From: Octopus bimaculoides
Lineage: Eukaryota
Assembly: GCF_001194135.2 (NCBI RefSeq)
Contig: NC_069001.1
Coordinates: forward strand, 9,915,901-9,979,900
Reading direction: 5' to 3'
Length of the DNA stretch: 64,000 nt
This document shows positions 51,875-64,000 of the stretch, in pieces. Each line of letters begins with the position of its first letter. Positions within the stretch are counted from its first letter, which is position 1. Both the position numbers and the translations under genes were made by a program. Below the pieces are notes generated by a model. It was not told the DNA's origin and did no database searches. It was given only the letters and a program-made list of their open reading frames with translations.

Positions 51875-52090
51875 AAAGCGGTGGGCTTTCAGAATCGAGC
51901 GAAATGCTTAGCGGTATTTTGCTTGTCACTACGTTATGAGTTCAAATTCCGCCGAGGTCGACTTTGCCTTTCATCCTTTCGGGGTCAATTAAATAAGTAC
52001 CAGCTACGCCCTGGGGTTGATGTAATAGACACAATCCCCATCTCCATGTAATAGACAAAATCCCCATCTCCAAGTTGCCCTTGTGGCAAA
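51875..52090 (+). mobile_element. SINE-A (A3-like tail) with a 26-bp internal tandem duplication, between trinucleotide tracts
   Basis: gagttcaaattccgccgaggtcgactttgcc..; atgtaatagaca(c/a)aatccccatctcc at 52020 and 52046. Confidence 0.85.
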
Positions 52091-52190
52091 AATTATTATT
52101 ATTATTACTATTATTATTATTATCATTATTATTATTATCATTATCATCATCATCATCATTATTATTATTAGTATTACCATTATTATTATT

Positions 52191-52580
52191 AAGGCGGCGA
52201 GCTGGAAGAATCTTTAGCGCGCTGGACGAAATTCTTAGTGGTATTTCGCCTGCCACTGCGTTCTGAGTTCAAATTCCGCCGAGGTCGACTTTGCCTTCCA
52301 TCCTTTCGGGGTCGATAAATTAAGTACCAGTTACGCACTGGGGTCGATATAATCAACTTAATCCGTTTGTCTGTCCTTGTTTGTCCCCTCTGTGTGTAGC
52401 CCCTTGTGGGCAGTAAAGAAATAGGTATTTCGCCTGTCGCTACGTTCCGAGTTCTAAAATCGGCCGAGGTCGCCTTGACCTTTCGTCTATTTGAGGGTCT
52501 ATTAAAAAAAGTACTGGGGTCGATATAATCCACTAGCCCCCTCCCGAACTCGCCGACCTAGTGCCAAAATTTGGAAACAA
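52191..52580 (+). mobile_element. SINE-A1 (52191-52431) directly followed by a 5'-truncated A3 copy
   Basis: A1 tail ..gtgggcagtaaagaaata joins ggtatttcgcctg..; ends gtgccaaaatttggaaac. Confidence 0.88.
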
Positions 52581-52845
52581 TATTTAAAGCTACTGTTCAA
52601 TGTGTCATTACTTTGATGTGACTCGACGGTGATTTGAGTGCTGTAGTGAACTGCTTGTAATCTTACTGTTTTAATATTCTAAAATCATAACAAATTGTCT
52701 GATGAAGCGGCGTCCTGGAAAGCTCGTTAGCACGCCGGACAAAATATTTAGCGGCATTTTGTCCGCATTTACGCTCTGATTTCAAATTCTGCCGCGCTAT
52801 ATGTATGAATATGTGCATCTCTATCTCTATCTTTTATATGTTACA

Positions 52846-53189
52846 ATGCTGGAGCACGCCCTAAATAATTTAGTTAATGGAAAGAATCGAACAAAGTACT
52901 TATTTTAAAGCCCTCCTAATTATTCTACCGATTTCTTCTTTTTGCCGACATAAACACAACAGGACTAACTGTCAACCAGTGGTGGGGAACAAACACAGAT
53001 ACAAAGCCGTATACTCCACCCCACCCACACAAGACGGACTGTTAGTTTCCGTCTACCATATCCACTCTCAAAGATTTTTGGTTAGCCCGAGGCAATATTA
53101 AAGACACATGCCCAAAGTGCCACGCAGAGGGATTGAACCGGAAGCATGTGGTTAGGAGGCAAAGCGAGCTTCTTACTACACAGCTTCGC
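52846..53189 (-). mobile_element. SINE-B, degenerate
   Basis: atgctggagcac..ttttgccga..gtttccgtctacca.atccactc..agcccgaggcaata..gacacatgcccaaagtgccacgcag. Confidence 0.8.
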
Positions 53190-53679
53190 AGTGGAAATGA
53201 ACCCGGAATCACGTTGTTCGGAATTATGTGTATATCTCTATATTCACAGTAAATTTGTGGCGATATTTACCGAGTTACTCAAATAAATCAGAGAGCGCAG
53301 ATTGTCGATTACTTGTCATCAATAATTTTTTAAAATCCAGCATCCAGATTACTTGATTTAACACAATCAACTAAATCCTTAAATGAGAGTTTCCCAAAAC
53401 GGCCGCAGTCCTTTGGCTGAAATTAGTGGAAAACATAAGAAGAGATAAAACAGACGCATCCGTATGAAATGACAAGTCGTTCCTTTCCTCTCTCGCTGCG
53501 TACCCTCCCCACCGCCTACCAACACTGAATGTTCTATTAGCAATTAACTGTATATTTCGCTTCTATTCGCAGATCTATTTACAAAACCTAGAAAAGCAAG
53601 CAAGCAGCATATTGAAATGATCTCGGTATCAGAGTTGACAAATTGAGCACAGATATGAGATTTGTTCTTCTAAGACAAA

Positions 53680-53746
53680 TAATAATAATAATAATAATAA
53701 TATGAAGAAGAAGAAGAAGAAGAAAAAGAAGAAGAAGGAGAAAAAA

Positions 53747-53780
<34 letters not shown>

Positions 53781-54119
53781 CTGCAGAGGAAGATAAAGAT
53801 GCGGGATTTATTTTACAAAAAGCTTGTTTGTCATTAATACTATATGACGGAAGAAGAAGAAGAAGAAGAAAGGGTGGTTACAGAAGAAGAGGAGGAGGGG
53901 GAGGAGGCAAGAGGAAGAAGAGGAGAGCGTGGAGGAATATATAACGAAACAATAAATCAAAATCAAAAAAGGTGAAATTTCCAGAAATAGAAAATAGAAA
54001 ATTCCAATTACAGATTTAATCTGAAATAATGTGAGCCTTTTCTTGGATTTAAAGTGATTTCTTCTTTATATCATTTTTGTTTGAATTTATGTGGGTGTGC
54101 GAATGAGTGCACATGAGAG

Positions 54120-54162
<43 letters not shown>

Positions 54163-54483
54163 GAAAGAGAGAGAGAGTGGGGGAGTGTGTGTGAGCGAGC
54201 GTGCGTGTATGTGTGAATGTGTGTGTGATTTTTTTCTAGTACAGACTAAACTTTCAAATAAAGAAACAGCAGCAGCAGCGGCAGCATCAGCAGCATCAGC
54301 ATCAGCAGTAGAGACATCAAGAGCGTAATGGCGTTCAAAATACTTGAAACTTTGGCTGTTGGAAGGCACGACGACGATGACGATGACAGCGATGATGATC
54401 ATGATGATTATGGTGATAGTGGTCGAGATTAAACCGACGCGAATAACAACCATATAAGCAATAATATAGTAATAATACTGATG

Positions 54484-54518
<35 letters not shown>

Positions 54519-54650
54519 GACGATAATAATGTTGATAATAATGATTATAAAAAAAAATACTAATAATAATAGCAATAATAATGATAATAATAACAACAAC
54601 AACAACGACAACAACACGAACGGCAAGAACAGCAACAACACCAACAGAAG
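53680..54650. repeat. Series of trinucleotide and dinucleotide microsatellites (TAA, GAA, TAG, GAG, TG, GCA, GAT, CAA)
   Basis: Read directly from the sequence. Confidence 0.85.
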
Positions 54651-54812
54651 ACGTGTGTGAATTTAATGGATGTATATATATATAGACGAATCACTCAAAC
54701 CTATGGCGTAAGAGAAGAAATTCGCATGTTATTTTTGCTTAGACTTTTAGAATTATCCATCGTGTGTATGTCTGCGCGTGTAATATATGTACTTGTGCGT
54801 ACTCCAGCACAC

Positions 54813-54859
<47 letters not shown>

Positions 54860-55773
54860 TGAGTGATCTTTATCGTCTATCTTTTCTAATCTTTGCCTAT
54901 TCTTTTCATTCTTCTTTAACTAAAAGCTTCCCAATTCCAGAATCGTTCGTTTCCATTTTTGGCTTTTAATCTGCTCAGCTAGTTCGTCCAACCTTTCTCC
55001 ATTCTAGATCGGAGCACTTAAGACATGTGTATTGTTTTCTCTTAATGCGTTTATTACTCTCAGCTGTATTTTTGTCAATAAAGCTTTTTACATAATTAGC
55101 GATATGGTGTACTTGCCTTCTTAAAATACTGCTGTCATCCTATTTATTATTATTATTATTTATTTATTTTCATTATTTCTTTCTCTGTGCCTCTATTTCT
55201 TTCTTTACATATTTTTTCCCCTTTCTCTCTTTTTGACAATTTTTTTTTTGGTCTTTTCTCTTTATCCCTTCGTTCTTTCTTTCTTCTCATCCACCTCCAT
55301 CTGCACACACTATCACTCATACACACACGCATACAAGCTCTAATACGTACCATATCCTACATCCCATCTCTCGTGGCCTACTCTACGTGTGTCTCTACGT
55401 GTATCTGTCTCTCTTTCTCTCCTCTTTTATCATTTTCTTCTCTCTTCCAGCCATCTCAAAGTCAGTTTCACTTATATATAACCTTGTTCTCTCAAACTGT
55501 CATCTATTCCATTCGAATACGGGAATGCTCACGCTTTTTTTTAAAGAAAATATATATGTAATATATATGCATGTGCGTGTCTGTGTATAGTATATCTACA
55601 TATACACACACACACATATATATACATGAATGTCTGTATATATATGTACATATATGTCTTTATATATATATGATAGACATATATATATATGCATATATAT
55701 ACACACACACACGCACAACGTACACACACACGCACAACGTACACACACATATTTATCTCAATGTGTGTGAATA

Positions 55774-55829
<56 letters not shown>

Positions 55830-57115
55830 TGTATGAGTGCGTACGTGTGTGTAATTTAAAAAAAAATATAAGGCCGATAGAGAGAAGAAGAAAAAAAAAT
55901 GGTTTTAGTTTTCAAGGCAAAAAAAAACATAAATAAATGCCATCTTTGAGATGAAAATGAAGAATAGAGAAGTGGATTTATGGAGAGGCGTAGTATTTCG
56001 ACATTAAGCCACTAACTTTCGTGTCACTTCGTTTGTGAGTGAATAGGAAAATAGATAGGCAATCATAATAGCTGCTTGCTGAGTTTGACATGTGGGAAAA
56101 TTCATAGCACATGAATTGATATTTAAATGGATTTTTCTGGAGTAGACAACATTCGAAATTCCAAATGTGATTTAATGTTGCCTTTACTATACCTACGATA
56201 TATAAACTCTCACACAACCATTGTTTTGTTGCTGTTTTATTTTTTTCATTTTGTTTTACTTCTCTGGATAAAACGTGTTGCAGATATATCCCATCAGTAT
56301 ATAAGTTTAACAACGTAAGATAAGAAAGTCACCTAGAATTAGGTAGGTGTGTGTGTTTGTACGTGTTTATGTACGTGTGTATGTGTGTGTGTGTGTGCTT
56401 TTGTACGCGGTAGAAAACAACAAGAGCGGTGAGGACGAGAGAAACGTTGATAAAATAATCTGTTGCATTATATTATGTATTATGTTGAACCATGTTGTAT
56501 GAATTCGTTATCAAGCTTTTATTTATTGGTGAGTGTGTGTGTGTGTGTGAGTGTGTGCATGCGTGCCTTTAGGTGTGTGTGTGTATGTGTGCGCGTGCGT
56601 GTGTGTGTCTGTGTGTTCGTGTGTGCGTGCACGTTTCTTTGATTGTATGCATGTCTGTGTGTACGTATGAGATTTACCTCAGATACAATGCATTGCTGAT
56701 AGGACGATGGAAAATAATAGTATTTCTGTTAAGTTCTATATTATATACGGAATATTTTCTTATAAAAATTGTTCTCTGACATAAATCCACGATGGTGATA
56801 CATCCTTTTCCATTTCATTAATATTTTCAAAATGAATACTGTCGAAACTTCATCGTTCATTTGTGAAAATATTCCAGTGTTCATCATTCCATTTTGTTAT
56901 TTTTAATTTGCGGTGATTTCAAATTACTGTAAATTATCACAGTAATCATCACCATTTAAAATAACCTGACATACAAGTCACCTGACAGTAAATCAAAACC
57001 AATTAATTCCAAGATTTATTTATGTTTAACAACTGAATGGATTTAATAAAGGCATCGAAATACGAATCATCGTACGAATTGTTCAAACTAAAGTCCTTCT
57101 TCAGATTTATATATA

Positions 57116-57339
57116 CAGCCGTGCCTAGCATAGAAAGCTGTATAAATATAATACAGTCAGCCGTACCTAGCATAAAAAGCCGAATCAGTACAATACATTC
57201 AGCCGTGCTTATCATAGAAAGCCGAATCAGTGCAATACAGTCAGCCGTGCTTTAACATAAGAAGCCGTTTCAGTACAATACAGTCAGCCGTGCCTAGCAT
57301 AGAAAGCCGCATCAGTACATTACAGTAAGCCGTGCCTAT
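57116..57339. repeat. 42-bp minisatellite, about 5.3 copies
   Basis: Unit cagccgtgcctagcatagaaagccgaatcagtacaatacagt at 57116, 57158, 57200, 57242, 57285 and 57327. Confidence 0.95.
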
Positions 57340-57352
57340 AAACATGAATCAA

Positions 57353-57694
57353 ATTGAAAGGTAGAGAAATAATATTTTTTTATTCTGAAACGCGTGATAA
57401 TGCTAATAAATAGGGAGATCAGGATAAATTATCCATATATTGCAGAAACATACGTTACCGGCCAGCCATGAGACTCGAACTCACATCCCTGTGATTACAC
57501 TCGAAGAATTCGTTACTGGGCAGTTTGGCTTAATGGTAAAGCACTTGACGCGTAATCACAGAGATGTGAGTTCGAGTCACATGGCTGGCCGGTAACGTAT
57601 TTTTCTACTATTTATGGACACTTTATCCTGACCACTGTATTTATTAGCATTTATAACGCGTTTGAGAAAAAAAAATCTTCCTCTACCTTTCAAT
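57353..57694. mobile_element. Long fold-back (arms about 146 and 143 bp, 53-bp loop), MITE-like, no TSD seen
   Basis: 57353-57498 is the reverse complement of 57552-57694 (attgaaaggtagag... / ...ctctacctttcaat). The inner ~50 bp has only 2 mismatches. Confidence 0.85.
57519..57590 (+). other. tRNA-Thr(CGT)-like sequence inside the fold-back, probably non-functional
   Basis: GGCAGTT TG GCT TAATGGTAA AGC A CTTGA CG CGT AA TCACA GAGAT GTGAG TTCGAGT CACAT GGCTGGC C. Canonical tRNA spacing with D arm, A/B boxes and CGT at 57551-53, but mismatches in the acceptor, anticodon and T stems. Confidence 0.6.
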
Positions 57695-57973
57695 ACATCT
57701 CAACGCTTCTAAAACAAACTTTGTTTACTTTCATCGTAAGATGAATGAAACTAATTTTTGTTAGACTACAGGAAATAAATCAAACATAATTTTCTTTTTG
57801 TGAACTAGCAATGTATTCAGGTAATGTTTGAGCTGTAGTGAAAATATAGAATAGGTTGAAGTGGAAGAAAGTGATGTCTTTGGAGATAAAATGCATGGAT
57901 GCATAAAATACACCGAGGCACCGATCTGTATAAACGCGTGTGGCCTTAATGTAATTCTTAAGCCGAATCATTG

Positions 57974-58381
57974 TACTCTTTTACTCTTTTATTTGTTTCA
58001 GTCATTTGACTGCGGCCATGCTGGAGCACCGCCTTCAGTCGAGCAAATCGACCCCGGGACTTATTCTTTGTAAGCCTAGTACTTATTCTATCGTTCTCTT
58101 TTGCCGAACCGCTAAGTTACGGGGACATAAACACACCAACATCGGTTGTGAAGCAATGCTAGGGGGACACACGCAGACACACAAACACGCACATATATAT
58201 ATATATATACATATATACGACGAGCTTCTTTCAGTTTCCGTCTACCAAATCCACTCACAAGGCTTTGGTCGGCCCGAGGCTATAGTAGAAGACACTTGCT
58301 CAAGATGCCACGCAGTGGGATTGAACCCGGAACCCTGTGGTTGGTAAGCAAGCTACTTATCACACAGCCACTCCTGCGCCT
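57974..58381 (-). mobile_element. SINE-B, full length (best reference copy)
   Basis: Minus strand: tRNA-like head aggcgcaggagtggctgtgtgataag..ggttcaatccc, CORE-like catcttgagcaagtgtctt, internal (TA)/(TG) tract, tail gctccagcatggccgcagtcaaatgactgaaacaaataaaagagta. Confidence 0.95.
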
Positions 58382-58439
58382 ATGATAATTAAACGAAAAT
58401 AAATGAAGGTGGAACTTAAGATACCTTCATTTAAGAGGC

Positions 58440-58612
58440 AAATTGCTGAACAGCACTTCGTCCGTCTTTATCCTCTGAGTTCAAATTCCGCCACTGTCGC
58501 CTTTGCCTTTTATCCTTTTAGGGGTCGATAAAATAACACTGGTGTCGACGTAATCGACTTAACCTCTCCTCCGAAACTGCTCGTCTTGAGTCAAAAATTG
58601 AAATCAACCAAT
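58440..58612 (+). mobile_element. Degenerate SINE-A (A3 tail)
   Basis: tctgagttcaaattccgcc..ggggtcgataaaata..ctggtgtcgacgtaatcgactt. Confidence 0.75.
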
Positions 58613-60201
58613 AATTCTATTCGATAAAATGGAGTAAAGTTTATTGGAAGCCGAGTTGATGCATTCAAACAGAAACAATGGCAGAGTGAAACGGGATGTC
58701 GCGAAATATGTAAAGCACCCTCGTACTGTTACAGTTGATTTAGTTTGTGGTTATATTATAAATTGACAAAACATTTCGCCCCTGCATCTAATACTTAGTT
58801 TGCAACTGTAATCTAAAGCAAGAAAACTAATGAACACTAAAGATATTGATATAAATGTGATGCTTATTGATGTCCAGTTAGAGTTACGTCGTTAATATAC
58901 AACCTATTGTAAATTTAAAATCTCAAATTACTATTGACTCTACTCGAACTATTAATTGTTTGGCAGAGAGTATGTTGACCTATTATACGTGACATCTGCA
59001 ACACTACCGAGTTATAATAACACGAGATTGAAACTTCTATAACCCACTAGAATGTATTAATGACCTGCTTCATTGTCTGAAAAATCTAGCATGTTATATA
59101 GTGGAGACATAAATAAAATAGATTCTGAGATATTAAAGCTGTGTTTCTTTTTATCCTTCTCGAGCAATCAATGGGTTTAATGATTTAGATATGTAGAAAG
59201 TGTCACCATTTAAAGAAACGAAGAGAAAAGGAAAACACGTATTTTGATAATCGTCTTTTATAGACTACAAACAGATCCCTAAAGAAATTAGTCTTACAAG
59301 TTTAATAATTGGCAGAACACACCAAGGAACCAATATGAAGAAAGAAAAAATGTCAGTGCTATTGTGAAACTTAATCTACGTTCATTACATCGGGAAATGG
59401 GGGGAAAAAATAAATAAAATGAATAAACGACTAAATATATAAACGAAGAAATGAATAAATAAGTACGTTAATAAATAAATAAATAAATAAAATCAATATT
59501 ATTCGCATCATTAAATGAACACTAAAAACATAAGGTACGGGAGAAGCCGTCTTGTATGCATGTGTCTGCGCATGTGTCTTTGAGTGGAGGGAAGAAATAC
59601 AGAAAGAGATAGAGAGCAAAATGCATGTATAAATTGGAATTGGATAAAAAATATATACATAGAAAAATAAATTGAACGTAATAAAGCACACAACAATAAA
59701 CAGTAAGTCCAAGCGATGATATTATTCCCGAAAGCAATATATAATTAAGTTAGATCAAATATCAAACGTTCTTGTGACTGGCAGTTATAAAGAAGTGCAG
59801 ATTAGTTCTGTAATCTGAGTTACATGCTGACATACAGAATTCCTTGGATTAATTCCTACGACGTTACCATAATCGAATTAATTGGAGCTTATTAAAAATT
59901 AAATGTAGAAGATAATATAGTTTAGTTTTCATAAGTGGGTGCGGAGTAGTGGTGGCGCTGGTGATGGCGGTGGGAAACGAGTGAGATTTCAAGTGATATT
60001 GCTCTGAGCGAAATGGAAGTTAGATTTCCAATTTTTCTGGAAGGATGTTGAAGAAGAATTTCGTCCAATAATACAAATTGAAAATAAGCAACAAATCTAA
60101 GAATACAAATCAGAAATGAATTTTATTACGTTATATATATATATATATATAATTTTATTTACATATCCATATATACAAACACACATGCATACACGCACAC
60201 A

Positions 60202-60273
<72 letters not shown>

Positions 60274-60285
60274 TATATTTGTACG

Positions 60286-60328
<43 letters not shown>

Positions 60329-60930
60329 ATATTTTTTGAAGTTCAAATTTTTACTTATTTTTTTCATCAATTTAAGACATAATGGAATTTCATAGTATTA
60401 AAATGAGTAACAGCATTAACAATACTAATAACAAACACAACAACAACAACAACATAAATAATATTGTGAATAATAATAATAATAATAATAAGATGAGGGG
60501 AAAGACGTTGTGGATGTTGACAAGCGAGAGGGAAAGCAATATTTGTTTTTAGTATCTGAAACATTCAATATCTATTTGTTCTTTTATGTTTTCCATTAAC
60601 CAAATTCAGCTGTCGGCGTGTGTATGTTTTATTTTCTAACTTCTGCTATAAAAAGGAACATGTACACACGCACACACACACACACACACGAACAAACACA
60701 CATTCATATATTCGCGCACGCAGACACGTTTGCACAAATTTGCTGCTAGAGCCGGAAAGGATGCAATTAGATATTAAATATATATTTACCGTTATAAAGC
60801 AAAACTGGAGACATTACATGGTCTGAATTTGTTAGAAACAGGAGCCATATTAATTTTGGTGTCGTTCAAAACAGTTTGCGAAATATTTACATGTAGACAA
60901 CTGCTTAAATGAAATGGATGAAATTATTTA

Positions 60931-61305
60931 ACTTGTTTCAGTCATTTGACTGCGGCCATGCTGGAGCACCGCCTTCAGTAGAGAAAATCGAACCCAGGAC
61001 TTATTCTGTGGAAGCCTAGTACTTATTCTATCGGTCTCTTTTTGTCGAACCGCTAGCTTATGGGAACGTAAACGGTTGTCAATCGATGGGGTGGGAGGCA
61101 AACACAGACACACAAACACATATATATTATATACATATATACGACGGGCTTTTTTCAGTTTCCGTCCACCAAATCCACTCAGAAGGCTTTGGTCGGCCCG
61201 AGGCTATCGTAGAAGACACTTGCCCAAGGTGCCACGCAGTGGGACTGAACCCGGAACCATGTGGTTGGTAAGCAAGTTACTTACCACACAGCCACTCCTG
61301 CGCCT
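60931..61305 (-). mobile_element. SINE-B, full length
   Basis: Closely matches 57974-58381 along its length. Confidence 0.95.
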
Positions 61306-61379
61306 GGAAGTTCATGATTGTGTTCGCTCATTTAGACCGGTCTAGATATCGTCTAGACTTTAACCATTTGTTTGTTTTA

Positions 61380-61781
61380 CCATTTGCTGCGGCCAAGATG
61401 GGGCCCGCCTTGAGTAATCAATGTCGAACGAATCAAGCCCAGTATTTATTTATTTTAAACCTGGTGTTTATTCTATCAGATTCTTTTGCCGAAACGCTAG
61501 TTTATGGGGATGTAAATACTCCAACAGGCACACACAGAAACACACACACACACGCACACACGCATACGGGCGCACAAGACCCGCTCACACGCACACCCGA
61601 GACACGCATATGTATATAGGACGGGTGTAATTCGGTTTCCGTCAATCAAATCCACTGAAAACGCTTTGCACGGACAGAAGATAGAATGGAAGACACTTGT
61701 CCGAGTTGCAAAGCAGTGGAACTGAACCCGGAACCGCGCGGTTTGGAAGCAATCTTATGAACACATAACTACGTCTGCGCA
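61380..61781 (-). mobile_element. SINE-B, older degenerate copy
   Basis: gctgcggcca..ttttgccgaaacgctag..ggtttccgtcaatcaaatccact..gaagacacttgtccgag..gaactgaacccggaacc. Confidence 0.78.
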
Positions 61782-62566
61782 TACACTGAGGACACACACA
61801 CACACACACACGTATATATGTAGATCAATCTCTCTCTGTATATATATACACACACACATACATACAAATATACATATGCGTACCCCTACGCCCACCACAC
61901 ACACATCATCGTTGTCTGCTCGTCTCTAAATATTGATATCTCCTATACGAATATAAATGCATATGTTTGTGTGTGCGTGTGTGTGTGTATATGCATATAT
62001 GTGTGTGTGCATATACACATACATGTATGTACGTGCGAGTATATGTGTGACAGTCTTTCTTTTTAATTTCCGATCCTACAAGATTCATTTTCGTTTTGGT
62101 TTATTTCCTTTTTATTTAAATAAATACTAATTGTTATTTTGTTGTCATCTTAATTGTTGACTTTATTTGTGTTTGTTAGTTCAAGCTCAGATCAACGTTG
62201 TTTTAAACTCGTCTTTCATCAAATCTTCCTGTCATAACGATTTCATCAGTTTCTAGATTAGTATGACAAGATCACTGTCGTTCGAAAAATCTGTCCTTCA
62301 TTCCTTGAATAAAAGAAAGATCATCATATAGTTTTGATTACTGTTTATTGCAAATTTTGAGTAACCGCGCGGGTCATTGTAAATGAACACCGTATGCTTT
62401 CACTCGGTAGCTGTCTACAATCCTGACAAAAGTTCATTTCTGAATGAAAAGCAGAAAGCATCAGAATATCGACTGTCATAAAAGCAGTATCGAAATCTAT
62501 CGAGTTTGTCCGTGGTTTTTTAACGTTTCCCTTCCGTGTTGACAATGAATCCACCGTTAATCTCAT

Positions 62567-63044
62567 AGAAATAATTCTGTCAATTTATCAAAAAGGCGGC
62601 GAGCTGGCAGAAACGCTAGCACGCCGGGCGAAATGCTTAGCGGCATTTCGTCTGCCGCTACGTTCTGATTTCAAATTCCGCCGAGGTCGAAAAATTAAGT
62701 ACCAGTTACGCACTGAAGTCGATGTAATCGACTTAATCTCTCTGTCTGTCCTTGTTTGTCTCCTCTATGTTTAGCCCCTTGTGGGCAATAAAGAAATAAG
62801 AAATAGTTCTGTCAATTTGTCAAAAAGGCGGCAAAATGGCAGAAACGTTAGCATGTCGGGCGAAATACTTAGTGGTATTTCGTCTGCCGCTACGTTCTGA
62901 GTTCAAATTCCGCCGAGGTGGACTTTGCCTTTCGTCCACTGGGGTCGATGTAATCGACTTAATCCCTTTCTCTGTCCTTGTTTGTCCCCTCTATGTTTAG
63001 TCCCTTATGGGCAACAAAGAAAAAAGAAATAGTTCTGTCAATTT
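62567..63044 (+). mobile_element. Two tandem SINE-A1 copies (62593-62798, 62824-63024) framed by a 20-bp direct repeat present three times
   Basis: agaaata(a/g)ttctgtcaattt at 62567, 62799 and 63025. Confidence 0.92.
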
Positions 63045-64000
63045 GGTAGAAATGATAGCAGATTGTACCTCAGATTATAAACCTTGAAACAGAAGTGAGA
63101 CATTCCTTAATAAGTATCGCATATCCACGATTACGGTACATTATTGGTGATCCAAACGCTTTTGATTACTATTTAAGTCTAAGCTGGTGCTAACTAACAA
63201 CAATAAGGAAAGAATGACATTTTCGATAGGATGTAGCGTGAAGACAAAGAGAAGGGACATCTACGGTTTGTATTAATGCTTCAGAAAAACCATCAACAAG
63301 AAGACAACACAATGTAATTGATGATATATTCCTAAATACACCGTCTGCAGAATTAAAGACGGATTGTTCACAGTTGGAAAGCTTTTAAACTATCAGACCT
63401 GAAAAACATTCACCACAATATCAATAATTGGTCCGCTTCCGTTACACCGCTAAGAATTAGCAAAACTGAAATAACATTCTGCGACAGATCCTAATATTCT
63501 TTTGCAATGCAACTTCTTTGATTCGACTTAACTAAATAAAGATCATCTTTCACATTTCTCATATAGAATATAATGTTTTCACCGGAAATATATTTAGTTA
63601 ATTTATTTCATTTTAAATTCAATGTACGTGAATTGCAAAGCTAAATACAGGTTCATCCTCATACGCATAGGCATTTATTTATCTATCTATCTAACTATCT
63701 ATCTATCTAGCTATCTATCTGTCGATTTGTCTCCGACTGTCATCGGTTTGGTGTGCATATATATATATATTTTTATGTAAGTGTGTGTGTGTATCCTACG
63801 TACAACGACCGACAGCAACATGCTAAGGCGAATTCAGTATATCTAGTTGGATATCGTTTTTTTTACAACAAATACCTGAAATGAAACAGTTTGCCTTGAA
63901 TGATGCGACATAACTAGATGCAAAATATCCCACCTCTAAGGGACAGCTACACGATGGATCGAAACGCTCATCCATCTTCAGTATATATATATATATATAT

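Noticed and set aside
57037-57255. ORF with 14-aa repeats (SAVPSIESCINIIQ)
   Set aside because: A by-product of the 42-bp minisatellite. A stop appears in later units and there is no splice or start context.
57809-57820. Possible 12-nt microexon (tttttgtgaactag|CAATGTATTCAG|gtaatg) on the + strand
   Set aside because: Such short ag...gt matches are expected by chance in 64 kb of AT-rich DNA, and there is no supporting gene on +.
62345-62566. 73-aa minus-strand ORF in unique sequence
   Set aside because: Length is within chance expectation, there is no motif, and no clear splice boundaries were found.
63060-63480. Faint RTE-like peptide (FSIGCSVK..; CRIKDGLF)
   Set aside because: Too few matching residues and several stops. 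Needs BLASTX to be taken seriously.

Overview
AT-rich, repeat-dominated eukaryotic genomic DNA from a gapped draft assembly. It has many N-runs, mostly flanked by (TA)n/(CA)n. No protein-coding gene can be firmly supported, so the window reads as intron or intergenic sequence. The SINE families and microsatellite density resemble Octopus; this is recognition from memory, not a database result. Main contents: (1) at least four tRNA-headed SINE families, labelled A (tails A1/A2/A3), B, C (tails C1/C2) and D here, in roughly 35 full or partial copies, often clustered or chimeric; (2) a near-full-length dead mariner transposase (D,D34D) at about 25.3-26.6 kb plus two fragments of a second mariner family; (3) three decayed R4/Dong-like non-LTR retrotransposon fragments, two of them starting right after (TAA)n; (4) fold-back/MITE-like elements at 1832-2072 (8-bp TSD, central TTAGGG x2), 28534-28737 (palindrome of a SINE tail), 50053-50359 (hAT-like TSD) and 57353-57694 (contains a tRNA-Thr(CGT)-like sequence); (5) a ~5.4 kb degenerate 15-bp satellite and several minisatellites; (6) two weak minus-strand candidate exons. 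Almost all ORFs in the supplied track are artefacts of N-runs, microsatellites or SINEs. I found no clear new protein-based system. The most unusual items are the tRNA-containing fold-back, the recurrent SINE dimer and palindrome, and the 15-mer satellite.
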